From positions 975,146 through 1,039,145 of the forward strand of contig MU054400.1 of the NCBI GenBank assembly GCA_013239625.1: a DNA stretch of 64,000 bases, given 5' to 3'. Below, piece after piece: positions 12,790 to 23,384 of this stretch. How positions within the stretch are numbered: the first letter of the stretch is position 1; the number at the start of each line of letters is the position of its first letter. The translations under genes and the position numbers were made by a program. Source of the DNA: Lama guanicoe (Eukaryota). The notes beneath the pieces are model-generated. The model had not been told where the DNA came from. It did not search any database and saw only the letters and a list, made by a program, of their open reading frames with translations.

Positions 12790-14882
12790 TCAAGTTATTC
12801 TCAATTTTTACATCTCTGCACAAGCCATTTAAACATTTGGCACTCAACTGTTACAAATACACAAATATTTCACAACTGATTTATAAAGGTTCAGTATATC
12901 CATTATTAAGCTATTACAAGGCAGCTATATTATCATAAATCAAAACTATAAATACTGATTTTTTTAAAGTATTTTAGACCCACAGCTTTTCATTACAGTT
13001 TTTCAACTTTCCTCATAAATTCAGGATATAAAGTCTTGAGTTGTTTTGGGTTTTTATTTAAGGCATATTTGTTTTATTCTAATGGCACCATTATCGCTCC
13101 ACTCATGCCAAAAGCAATTTTTAAAAAATATCAGTTACCTGAAGAATCTCTCTCTCAAAACATATTCATGCAATCCACTTAAATGTTAACACACCTGTCA
13201 CTTGTGCACCAGGCTCAATTTTCACTCAAATAACAAACCTAAAATTCCTTAAGAAGGACTTCTACCACTACATTGAGAAAACATTCCATATATCCTTTTC
13301 CTTCTCACAAGTGTATAAAAACCTGTTCAACTATTCTCTACCTCCAGATTAATTTCAAAAACAAAGGCTTAGAAAAATTACCTTCCAACTACTCTTGGAA
13401 ACTGCATGTTCTATCTTGTAAGCAATGTCTACTTAAGCTGCATTTCTCAAAAAGAATACACTCACTTGGCTCCATTTCCTCACTAAATATGTCCTTAACT
13501 TTCAGTCTGGTTGCCACCACCCTATCACTCTAACAACAGCAAAAATGCTATTCCTCATGTCACCAATGACCTCCTCCTAACTGTCAAATCTTTTTTGTTC
13601 TCATTCTTTCATCTGTCTCTGGCATACAACACATTTCATAACTTTTTCCCTTGGCTTCTCAGACTACACCATCTTTGCTCTCTTTTGTTCTCAAATCCTC
13701 AGCAGCATCCCATCTTTCTCCTGCCCCTGAAATGTAAAACTGTTCAATTCTTGAGCACGTTCTCTCTTCCCAGAGAAATTTTATGCTCTATTGGCATCAA
13801 TAATTACCTCCAACTTCAAAGCAAAAGCTAAAGACTTTATGTCTCTCCAGAGATTTGGCCCATATGTAACTGCCTATTAGGTAGTTACACCTATAATGGA
13901 ATTCATCCAAAACCACCTCATTTGAAGATCTCCAAAATTTCCCAAGTAACCAATACCATTTTTCAAGTGTTCCGAAGCTGAAAACCTTAAAGTCATTTTT
14001 CTTAATGCCACCATTTCTTCCTCCTACTCCCGTTTAAGTAATAAAGGATTTAAGGCTTTCTATCCATGCCTTACTTTACATTCTCCCTGCCATCAACTTC
14101 CTATAAGGTACCTGAACTATGGGTCATATGTACTTAAAGCCCCTTAGTCTTCTAAGAAATGTTAGGTAACCCTTGTCCAGTACTTGATTATGAAACTGAT
14201 GCCCAAGAGGCCTACTGAATCTTCTAGAATATTGCTAAAATCCACCAATTTCTGTTCACAACCCACCAACCACCACAAATATATACAAGGTCTTTATTCC
14301 TTTCTGACCCCTACACTTTGATCAAACTGGCCTTGCCCTTCTCCCAAACTGCACGTGCTTTTTTGGCCTTCACCTTCCAAAGGTATGTTTTCCCAACAGC
14401 ATACTAAATGAACACATCCCCATTTTCTCATTTTCTGTCCTTCAATATAAACAGCAATTACTCTTTATTTGATGTCCTTAAAAACTCCTGTTGTTTCAGG
14501 GTCACTTAACAATATACTAAACGGCCCTATTTAACAGCAGGTTGAGTTTTCAAGTGTAATTTTACAGCCTTCCTCTCTCTCCCTTCTTATGGTGTGGAAT
14601 CAACTGCCACTTCTCAGTGCCGTGTGCCTTCCTCATAAGATGCATCCAAATTGGTAGAGGGCTTAGAGGCCCACTCACCATGTTGATTAGAACAGCTAGT
14701 AAAATCCGAATGAAAAACTGAACCAAAGGCAGGTGTGTTTTCTTCCAAACCACAAAAAATTCAAGTCCAGCCAAAACTGTGACTAAACCTTAACACATTA
14801 AAAAGATAAAGGTGAAATGGGTCTAGTGGAATCAGGCACAGGAGTTCAAGGGCCCCACCTGCATATCCATCCCTCATTCCTC

Positions 14883-15074
14883 TTCTAGTGCAAAACCCCA
14901 GCCTTATGCACCACAAATGTGGACTCTGTTTGACTTATTAGCTAGCACTTGGCTGTATTACCAAGTTCTAGTGCAAAACCCCAGCCTTATGCTGTGGACT
15001 CTGTTTGACTTATTAGCTAGCACTCAAATGTGGACTCTGTTTGACTTATTAGCTAGCACTTGGCTGTATTACCA
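14883..15074. repeat. Imperfect local triplication
   Basis: tgtggactctgtttgacttattagctagcact occurs three times, with differently paired flanks. Confidence 0.95.
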
Positions 15075-15883
15075 GACAGCAGCATTTCAGACAGGTAAAG
15101 TAGTACAGTATTGGGACTAGGAGCACAGGTTTGGAAGTCACACAGACCTGGATTCCACACATTACCAGATCAAGTAACACTGACCACTTGACTCTTTCTC
15201 AAGCCTGCGAGGAGCAGCAACAAGATAATGTACCTCAAATGCTTAGCCCAGATCTTAAGAGCTACCAGAAATGGTGGTAACTATAGGATTAATGTATACA
15301 GACCACTTTTTTCCTTTTGGTTCTGTTTATTTCAAAATATTGACTTATGCAAACAATTCAAATAACTTTACTGAGGCATACCATAAAGTAAAAAACTCAC
15401 ACTTTTTAAGTATACTACCCAATGATTTTTAGTATTTACAAAGCTGAACTACTATTACCACAGGCCAACTGTCACTTCAACAAAATCCTTTGTGACACTG
15501 GTCATCTCTCTGTCCCACAGATGGCTAGACTGTCAAGAGTATATAAACTGGTTCATGGTATGCTAGCTACAATCCATTACAGCTGGGATCTTTTGGTAAA
15601 GTGAGATAAGCATTAGTACAATTAAACAGCTCAAACTGTCTTAAAAAAAAAAAAAGCTCTTCTGTGATAGTAAATGGCCTATTTTAGCTAACAAGGTTTT
15701 TATCCCTGTTACCATCACCTGGATTGTTCTGTAATATACAGGGGTTTTCATCATTATCTTATCACTTAAAATCACAAGGAATAAAAAGGTACTAGATAAG
15801 CTGAAGTACCAAAGATAAGGATTTTTTTTTTAGGAGGTCATCTGGTCTCCAACAATTCAAAGAAACATTTCACCAAGTAGTTG

Positions 15884-16020
15884 CTGTAGTTGTTGGGGTG
15901 GGGGGTGAGGGGGCGGATAATGTTTGTTTATTTATTTATTTAATGGAGGTACTAGGGATTGAACCCAGGACCCTGTGCATATTAAGCATCCACTCTACCA
16001 CTAAGCCATAGCACCTCCCC
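15884..16020 (-). mobile_element. vic-1-type SINE
   Basis: Reverse tRNA-like body; TSD aagtagttg/aagtaattg. Confidence 0.88.
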
Positions 16021-16174
16021 AAGTAATTGTTATTATCCCAACTATATTATAATCATTATATTTCTCATCAAAATAAAGTGAGATCTTGGTTGGAGAGAAA
16101 AAAATTGAGACATTCAATAAGTTACTATGAAAAATTAACCCACAGAAAATGTTTAATATGACTAACAATAACTA

Positions 16175-16296
16175 GGGGGAGGGTATAGCTCAAGTGGCAG
16201 AGTGCGCACGCTTAGCACGCATGGGGTCCTGGGTTCAATCCCCAGTACCTCCTCTAAGAATAAGTAAATAAACCTAATAACCACCCCCATCAAAAG
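16175..16296 (+). mobile_element. vic-1-type SINE
   Basis: Intact A and B boxes; TSD aataact. Confidence 0.9.
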
Positions 16297-17700
16297 AATA
16301 ACTTTCTCTTTTACTAGCTGCTATAATAAACTACCAAATCAAGGCCAAACAAAAGTTACAATAACATGGTAATTAAAATAACAGCCAATTCCAATAAAAC
16401 TGAATTATGAACATAAAATTCTAAGTGTTTTAACAAAAGAAATTAACTTCAGGAATTTGGCCATAACTGATCCTGTAGGAAGAACCCAGGAAAAGTAAGG
16501 CTCGACTCCCACTTGCTCAAGGAAGCCTTGCCCAATACCTGAACTCAATTGACAGTGCTTTTTGCTGTCACTCCCAACTGCACTGTGTCTGTGTCTGTAT
16601 TCCCACTAGAATGTAAGCACCCAGAGAACAGGGACAGTGCATCATTCCTCTGTATCCCTAGCACCTAACAGTTGCTAACAAATAAAAACAATACATCTTT
16701 GTTCAAGTGAACACCTGTATAACAACATATATCATTAATGACAACAAAAAATTGTCACTCAGACCTAATCTGGATTAACCTACATTTTGGGCATTTCAGA
16801 AAAATAAAACGTCATGAGAATACACTATCTGAAGTTTTAATATAATAGTTTGGCTTCATTCTTATACATCAAGAGAAACTTTTATCAGTGTTTCAAAGCT
16901 TTGGGTCTACAAAGGAGCAACATGATACAAAGAACATCTTTAGTCTTTCCAACAGTGGGAGAAAGTTACACTTCTACAACTGTAAAGTAAAATTGCAATT
17001 TACTTAACATTGGCAAGAATCACTGACTAAGCAGTATCAGTAGTTACCCTTGCTTAAAAGATGATCTCACTGCAATTGCATCTGAACTGAGAAGATACTC
17101 AAGAAATGGATGATCCACAACACTGTAAATGAACTATAGTTGACTTAAAAAAAAAGAGTAATTTAAAAAAGAAACGGATTATCACTTAGTAGTGTACTTC
17201 AGTGGCAATACCTAAATAGTGTAAATCAGAAACCTTGGTAGAACAGGGAGGTTATAAAAGACATTTTGTGAACAACTGAGAAAACCTGAGTGCGGTTTTA
17301 TATCAGGTATTTACGATATTATACATTATATATTATTAAGTAAGTATTCACTTTCCTAGGTGTGATAATGTTATTGTGGTTCTATGTAAGAGTTTTTTAT
17401 TGTAAAGAGACACTTGCTAAGGAAATATTTAGGCATAACTGACAAGATGTTTGCATTTTACTTTCAAATAATTTAGCCTCAAAAGATAATGTGTGTAGTA
17501 CACACAGAAAAAAGTCAATGTGGCAAAATATTAAGTAGTAACTCTAGGTCAAAGGTATACATAAAAGTATATACTCTTTAGAGCTTTTATAGATTTTTTT
17601 AAATCTTACATTAGCAAGTTGGAGAAACCCAAACAGAAAAAAAAATCAAAACTGCAAAAGGGACAGAAAAACAAACATTAGGCAAGTATAAGACTGTGAC

Positions 17701-17870
17701 GGGGGGGGAGGGTATAGCTCAAGTGGTAGGGTGCATGCTTAGCATGCATGAGGTCCTAGGTTCAATCCCCAGTACCTCCTCTAAGAATAAAATCAATGAA
17801 TAAACCTAAATACCTCCCCCCACCAGAACAACAACAACAACAACAACAACAAAAAAACCAAAAAAAAAAA
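17701..17870 (+). mobile_element. vic-1-type SINE with (CAA)n tail
   Basis: Perfect TSD aagactgtgac at 17690-17700 and 17871-17881. Confidence 0.93.
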
Positions 17871-20755
17871 AAGACTGTGACGGCAGAAATATATCCAAAA
17901 CATCCATAATTACCATAGACATTAACTGTCTCCACGCTCCAGTGAAAAGAGAAGTTGGCAGGTTGTATTAACAAAGCAAAATTCAGCTGTGTGTTGTTCA
18001 TAAAAGATGTATCTAAAACATCCCACTAGAATTGGCTACAACTAAAAATTAAAGCAATACCAACGTTAGCAAGGATGTGGAACTCTTACCCACTCATTTA
18101 GTCTTGAGAATTAAGTTCCAATGTCTAAGGTATCCATTGTATGTATGAACTAAATCCTTCCCTAGGTTTCTAGAATGATAGCTACGGAACATCCTCAAGA
18201 GAATTGAGAAAAAAGCCAATTTTCTGTGTTCTGTGGTTCAAATGAACAACCTAATAAGAACAACTGTACATCACGGAAAATAGGTACCTAGTAAAGTTAC
18301 ACATACCCTACACACAACCCAAAAATTCCACTCCCATCTGTATCTAGTCTTGGGAAATCAGTTTGTTTTTTGGGGGGAGGATGCAAATGTCCACAAAGAG
18401 TGTAATTCGTAAGCATAAAAAAACTGGAAATGAGACAAACACCACAACAGAATAAGATGTGGCATATTCTTACAATGGAATACCATACTACTGAAAATAA
18501 CTGATAGCTGTAAGAATCAATTTAAAAGATGTAAAAGAACTATCAGGAGACTCATACAATTCCATTTAGCTCAAGACTGAAAATGGGCAATACTGAACTA
18601 TATATTGTCTATGGATGTATATCGAGCAAAAATTATTATAAAAAACAATAAGCCCAAAATGTAGGGTAGTGGTAACCCCTGGGAAAGAGAAAAAGCAACG
18701 TCTTGGGAGGATGAAGACACAAGGGGTCTTAGGTAGCATTAATGTTCCACTTCTAGGTTGCCATTTTATTCTTGTTTTTGAAAACTCTCCATGTGTTTTT
18801 CTACCTCATATACCTCTTTTGATATGTATTTTATATTTTCATAAAAATCAAGAATGCAAAGTATTAGCTCACTTCTTAAAAAGTATAAATTATGTAAAGA
18901 AAAAAGGATTTATACTAAAATGTTAAACCCTGGTAAGTCATTATTTTTTTCAAATTTTCTAAAATGTTATTTTCTTAAGCAAAATAGTACCAGCCAATCT
19001 GACCAAAAACATTAAAAATGGAAATTTGTAAATTAATTTGCAAAAAAAAAAAAAAGGAGGGGGGATTGGTTTGGTCTAGAAAACAATTTAAAATTAGGCT
19101 TGTCAATCAATCCTAAAGCCAGTCTTTTTTCCTAGACCTTATTTCAGTTAAATTTACTTAGTTAATCTAACAACGCCAAACATTATTATCAAATGGAAAA
19201 ACCCCACCCTTCAAAGAGAACACATTCCAGCTGAGTAGACACACACTGTACAGGTAGCACCATACACCTCTCCCAAGCCCATGAGATTGCAGAAGTATTT
19301 CAGGTTTTCATCTGCTTGCTTGGAAGCAGCATGTTATAGGGACAGAGTCAGAAGGAATACAGCCTCTTCTGTTGAGACTGAGTGTTTTTGTATGGGGGGT
19401 GAAGGAACAGAAGGCAAAAAAAATAAGAGAGATGAGTGAAAACAAGACAAAAGAGAGGTAAGAGGAAAACACAAAAAAGGAGGGAGAAAGTAGTGAGAAT
19501 TAAAGAAGGCAGAGAGGGAGAAAGTCATCATTAGCAAGAACCAACTCAGCTTCCAAAAGTCTTCACTGGATAACATCTAGGACTGATCTGATGAGATTTG
19601 AGACATGTAATATCTGAGTACATAGTAAAGGACTAAAGTTTTATAGGGTTGTGTATGTACAGCATAACTTTAAATGAGTAAATTCCTACGTGACATCTTA
19701 AAAACAAGTTAACAGTTACACAACACTAATAGCAAACAAAGTTACAGCAATTGGTCTAAATCCAAATGAAATTTTCTCTATAAATCTCTGAAAATACTCT
19801 CATAATAAAATGTTTAGGTTTCAGACCCAATTGAATGTATGTTCTATCATTTTTAGAGCTCCAAATGAACAAAAACAAGCAACATATGCCTAACAACCTT
19901 TAAAAGTAGAGCACTGCCTTGTCTTAAGCAAAATACCTACTCTTTAGTCCAAGTCCCATTTCATAAATTAATCCCAAATAGTGAACTGGGTTCCAGCTGC
20001 GCTCTCAACTTCAGTATGAAAATGAGTTATCTGAAAACTGAAATTCACTGTAATACACTGTAATACTTTCATCCAGAGATTCACAAACTTGTTCTTCAAA
20101 ACCTAGGCCAAGAAATAACAAAACTAAAATAATTTACTTTCTTTAAAAAGTACAGGACATGGAGCATCTTTAAGAGAAACACTGTCAAGAAAACTCAAAA
20201 AAAAAAAAAGAAAAAATTTCAGAACAAACAGTTTGCATTACAATTGTCAAAACAAACCTGATTAATTTGGTTCTGGAATTTAATAAAGAAAAAAAGGATT
20301 CCACTCCTAAATACTTACTTGATAGCTGAGTGGAAAATATTTCAAAAACCTACTACAGTTGACAAGGTGTTATTCCCTCTAAGTCTTCCCTCTCTTTGCC
20401 TTACTTCAAGTTACAACTCCACTCTCCTTTTAGGGGAAAAAAAGAAAACAGGTGCTTCTAAGATCTATCAGAGATCCACCATCTCACCAGTCAACACCCA
20501 GGTGCCATAAAATTCAGTTTAAAAGACACTACATAATATTCAAATTAACAACTAAGAGCTAATTGATATTTGCTGACCTACAGGTTGCCTCACACTCATT
20601 TCTCCTGAAATAAGATACATTTAAGAGTGAAGAACTTTTCAAGTCTTTTGTGCAGGCATCAGTCCTTTATAATACACTTACACCACTCTCCCCATAAAAA
20701 GTGTCTTCTAACAACAACTACAAAATCTTAACAGTAAATTTTAAAAAAAGGACTT

Positions 20756-20890
20756 GGGGGGAAAGTACAGCTCAAGTGGTAGAGTGCATGCTTAGCATGC
20801 ACAAGGTTCTGGGTTTAATCTGCAGTGCCTTCCCCAAAAATAAATAAAAATAAACCTAATTACCTGCCCCCAGAAAGAAAAGAAAAAGGA
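20756..20890 (+). mobile_element. vic-1-type SINE
   Basis: tRNA-Ala-like body and aataaacctaattacc tail. Confidence 0.88.
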
Positions 20891-22886
20891 AAACACTTCA
20901 AAAGTAAAGGCTTCACTCCAGATCAGTTCAAACCTTCAAGACTGGTTTATACTTTCTATATTTAAGGAACAGCGACCAGTTCCCATCAAAACACAGCGCA
21001 TACTGAAATAAACCCATTCTTCATGTTCTCCTACCATTTCTCCCCAAACAATAAAAGTTACTCAGGTTAATACCAAGAGACACTCCTGGTGAGCACTACA
21101 CAGGCTGCACCAGTTACCAGGAAAGGGAAGCAGAGGTATTATTGTTGTTCCAGCCTTGCTCTAAAGGCAGCTCCATGTGACTACTGCTGGTCCAGCCCAC
21201 ATTTAAAGAGAGGGGCCAGAGGAAACCAGAGCAGCAGGAAATAGGCAGGAGGGGCAATTACCACAACCCTTTCCCATGGCCTCATTCCCATACCACCATT
21301 TCCAGCCATATTTCAATCATAAAAAAACCTCCCTTCTCTGAATCGTAATTATTGAAGGTCAGAAACAAGGAAACAAACGGGAAATGACAGAGCTGTGGGA
21401 AACAAGCAGGACAGGGGTGGGGGGAAAAAAAAATCTCACCACATATGTGGACTAGCCTTAAGGAGGAAAAATCAGGAGGAATACATAGGAGGGAAGCAGA
21501 AGAGTAGTGTGGGGCAAACTAATCACTTCACCCTAAAGCTTCACAGCACTGGGAGGAGAGCCCTAGCCCAGGGGCTCTGAAGAAGGGGAAAAGATGCTAG
21601 CGGACTGGGAGTTCCTACCATCTTCAGAGAGTGGAATTTATTCCCTTTCGTGAGACAGACAGACACCAATCTCAACAGGGTCACCCAATCTCTATTACAT
21701 AGGAGAGCTTAGGTATTATATTCACCTTCCTTCCACTTTTACTAGACAAACTGACACTAAAAAATTAGGAATGTACAAATTCATGGTGAAAATTGACGAA
21801 CACACTAACTACTCACATACCCCCTGGCTTAAAAAGTACTATCATAATCAAAGAGAAAATATAAAATGACTGGGTTCACCCACAAAGTGAGTTATATGCC
21901 TTTCAAATAAAAGATTATCTTTGAGTACCTTATGGAGACCTTAAAAAGCTCTCAGTTGTTAGGACACAAATGTGCTGAAGAAAGACAGTAAGCCTAAATA
22001 ATGGTAGAGATACCTTGGATACAAGCATAAACAATATCCAACAGAGGTGGTAGTAAACTACAGGATTACGTCAAACAAGAAATAACAGGAATGATGATGG
22101 AATACAAGTGGAGACCAGTGGTGGCACTTAAGATGCCTGGACAACTAATTAGATGGAAAACCCAAGGGAAAAGATGGAAAAGCCAAGTGGGAAAGTGATT
22201 CAGCGGCAAAGTAAATTAAGATGCAATGCACCAATGAAAAAATAACATTTTGAATAGTATTATGAAACTGAGCTCCTTAGTTTCTCAAACCTACCCTAAA
22301 GAACTGTGACACAGCCAGACTACAGGAACCGGGACTGAGGAGAAAAACTGAGTCCCAAGTGTCTGACACCAAAGCCTTCCCGAACGAAAAGAAGTAGAAC
22401 TGAACTGTGCCTCCGGGTAGTCGGGAAAGAGAGCGCAGAAGTTGGGCTCTAAGACGTCCAGTCCCAGGACTAGCTAGCGACAGGCGTGGAGGCGGAAAGG
22501 TGGTCAGCGACAGCGTGGCGCGGGTGCTGGAGCGGACAGGCAGGGAGGGACAACGGTGGGAAAGAAAACCACACCCTCCAGGGCAGAAACCCGAAGGGGG
22601 GAGGGGAAGGCGCCCCCTGGGGCTGGGTGGGGCCCGGCCGACTAGATTCAGCGTAGGCAGGAAGGAGCACAGGACAACCCATGGGGAAGAGGAAGGTCGG
22701 CACCCAGGCCTGGGCAAACTGAGGACGCTAGAAGCCGGTGAGGGAAGCTCGGCCCGACCTCACGGGTGGGCGCTGGGGCAGTATGAAGGGGGCTGGAAGA
22801 AAGAAGAGCTGAACCCAGGAATACAAAGCGCAAGCTGCAGCCCTCAGGGACTTGGAACGGGGAAGGAGAGAAAGGGTGCCAATTAC

Positions 22887-23000
22887 CGCTGCTGCTCTCG
22901 CTGGACTCGGGACCCGCCGCCGCCGCCGCCGCTCGTTACCTGCCAATGTGCCTCTTACAAAGCGGCGGCGGCGGCAGAGGCGGCCGGGCCCGTCACGTGA
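22887..23000 (-). other. UBAP2: Non-coding first exon, probably UBAP2 (start site approximate; alternative donor ends the exon at 22940)
   Basis: Minus-strand donors GCG|gtaatt (22886) and CAG|gtaacg (22939) in the CpG island. Gene identity is inferred only from synteny (UBAP2 lies just downstream of DCAF12 on the same strand in human); no UBAP2 coding sequence is in the window. Confidence 0.65.
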
Positions 23001-23001
23001 C
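22992..23001. promoter_or_regulatory. Palindromic extended E-box GTCACGTGAC (USF/TFEB-TFE3 CLEAR-type site)
   Basis: Exact 10-bp palindrome in the CpG island. Confidence 0.7.
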
Positions 23002-23365
23002 CTCGGCGTCACGGCGAAGGAGGAGCCACCACACGTCTCTGGCGCGCGGCTCTTGAGCCCGCCCACGGAGCGCGTCGCTTCCTCCAGCCACCCCACCGCC
23101 GCCACCACGCCCATCGGGCGAGGCCAACAGCGCCATGGCGTGGGGAGGCACGCGGACGGCGCAAACAAGTTTCTGGAACTTCTACTCGGAGTTATAAGGA
23201 ACGTACTACCCACCGCCTCCAGGACGCCGACAAGTGTAGCTCGCTGGCGCGCTGTGATGACCTCACAAGGAACCACAGGTCACTCCCCTGCGGCCGCCTT
23301 CTCCTCATCATGTGATGTAGTCCAACCACTCAGGGCAACCCAAGCCTCCCAAACGTTTTGCGAAG

Positions 23366-23384
23366 ACTACGACTCCCAACCTGC
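23366..23384 (+). promoter_or_regulatory. ACTAC-nnn-TCCCA motif (ZNF143/THAP11-associated)
   Basis: actacgactcccaacctgc; related reverse copies near 23311-23323 and 23551-23565. Confidence 0.6.

Noticed and set aside
14883..15074. CRISPR-like array (32-bp repeat x3) and the repetitive ORF 14917..15120
   Set aside because: Mammalian intron; the intervening sequences are themselves duplicated or absent rather than unique spacers; no cas genes
1..22886. UBAP2 coding exons or intronic snoRNAs
   Set aside because: No sequence matching the recalled UBAP2 N-terminus and no convincing C/D box RNA was seen; these probably lie beyond the left edge
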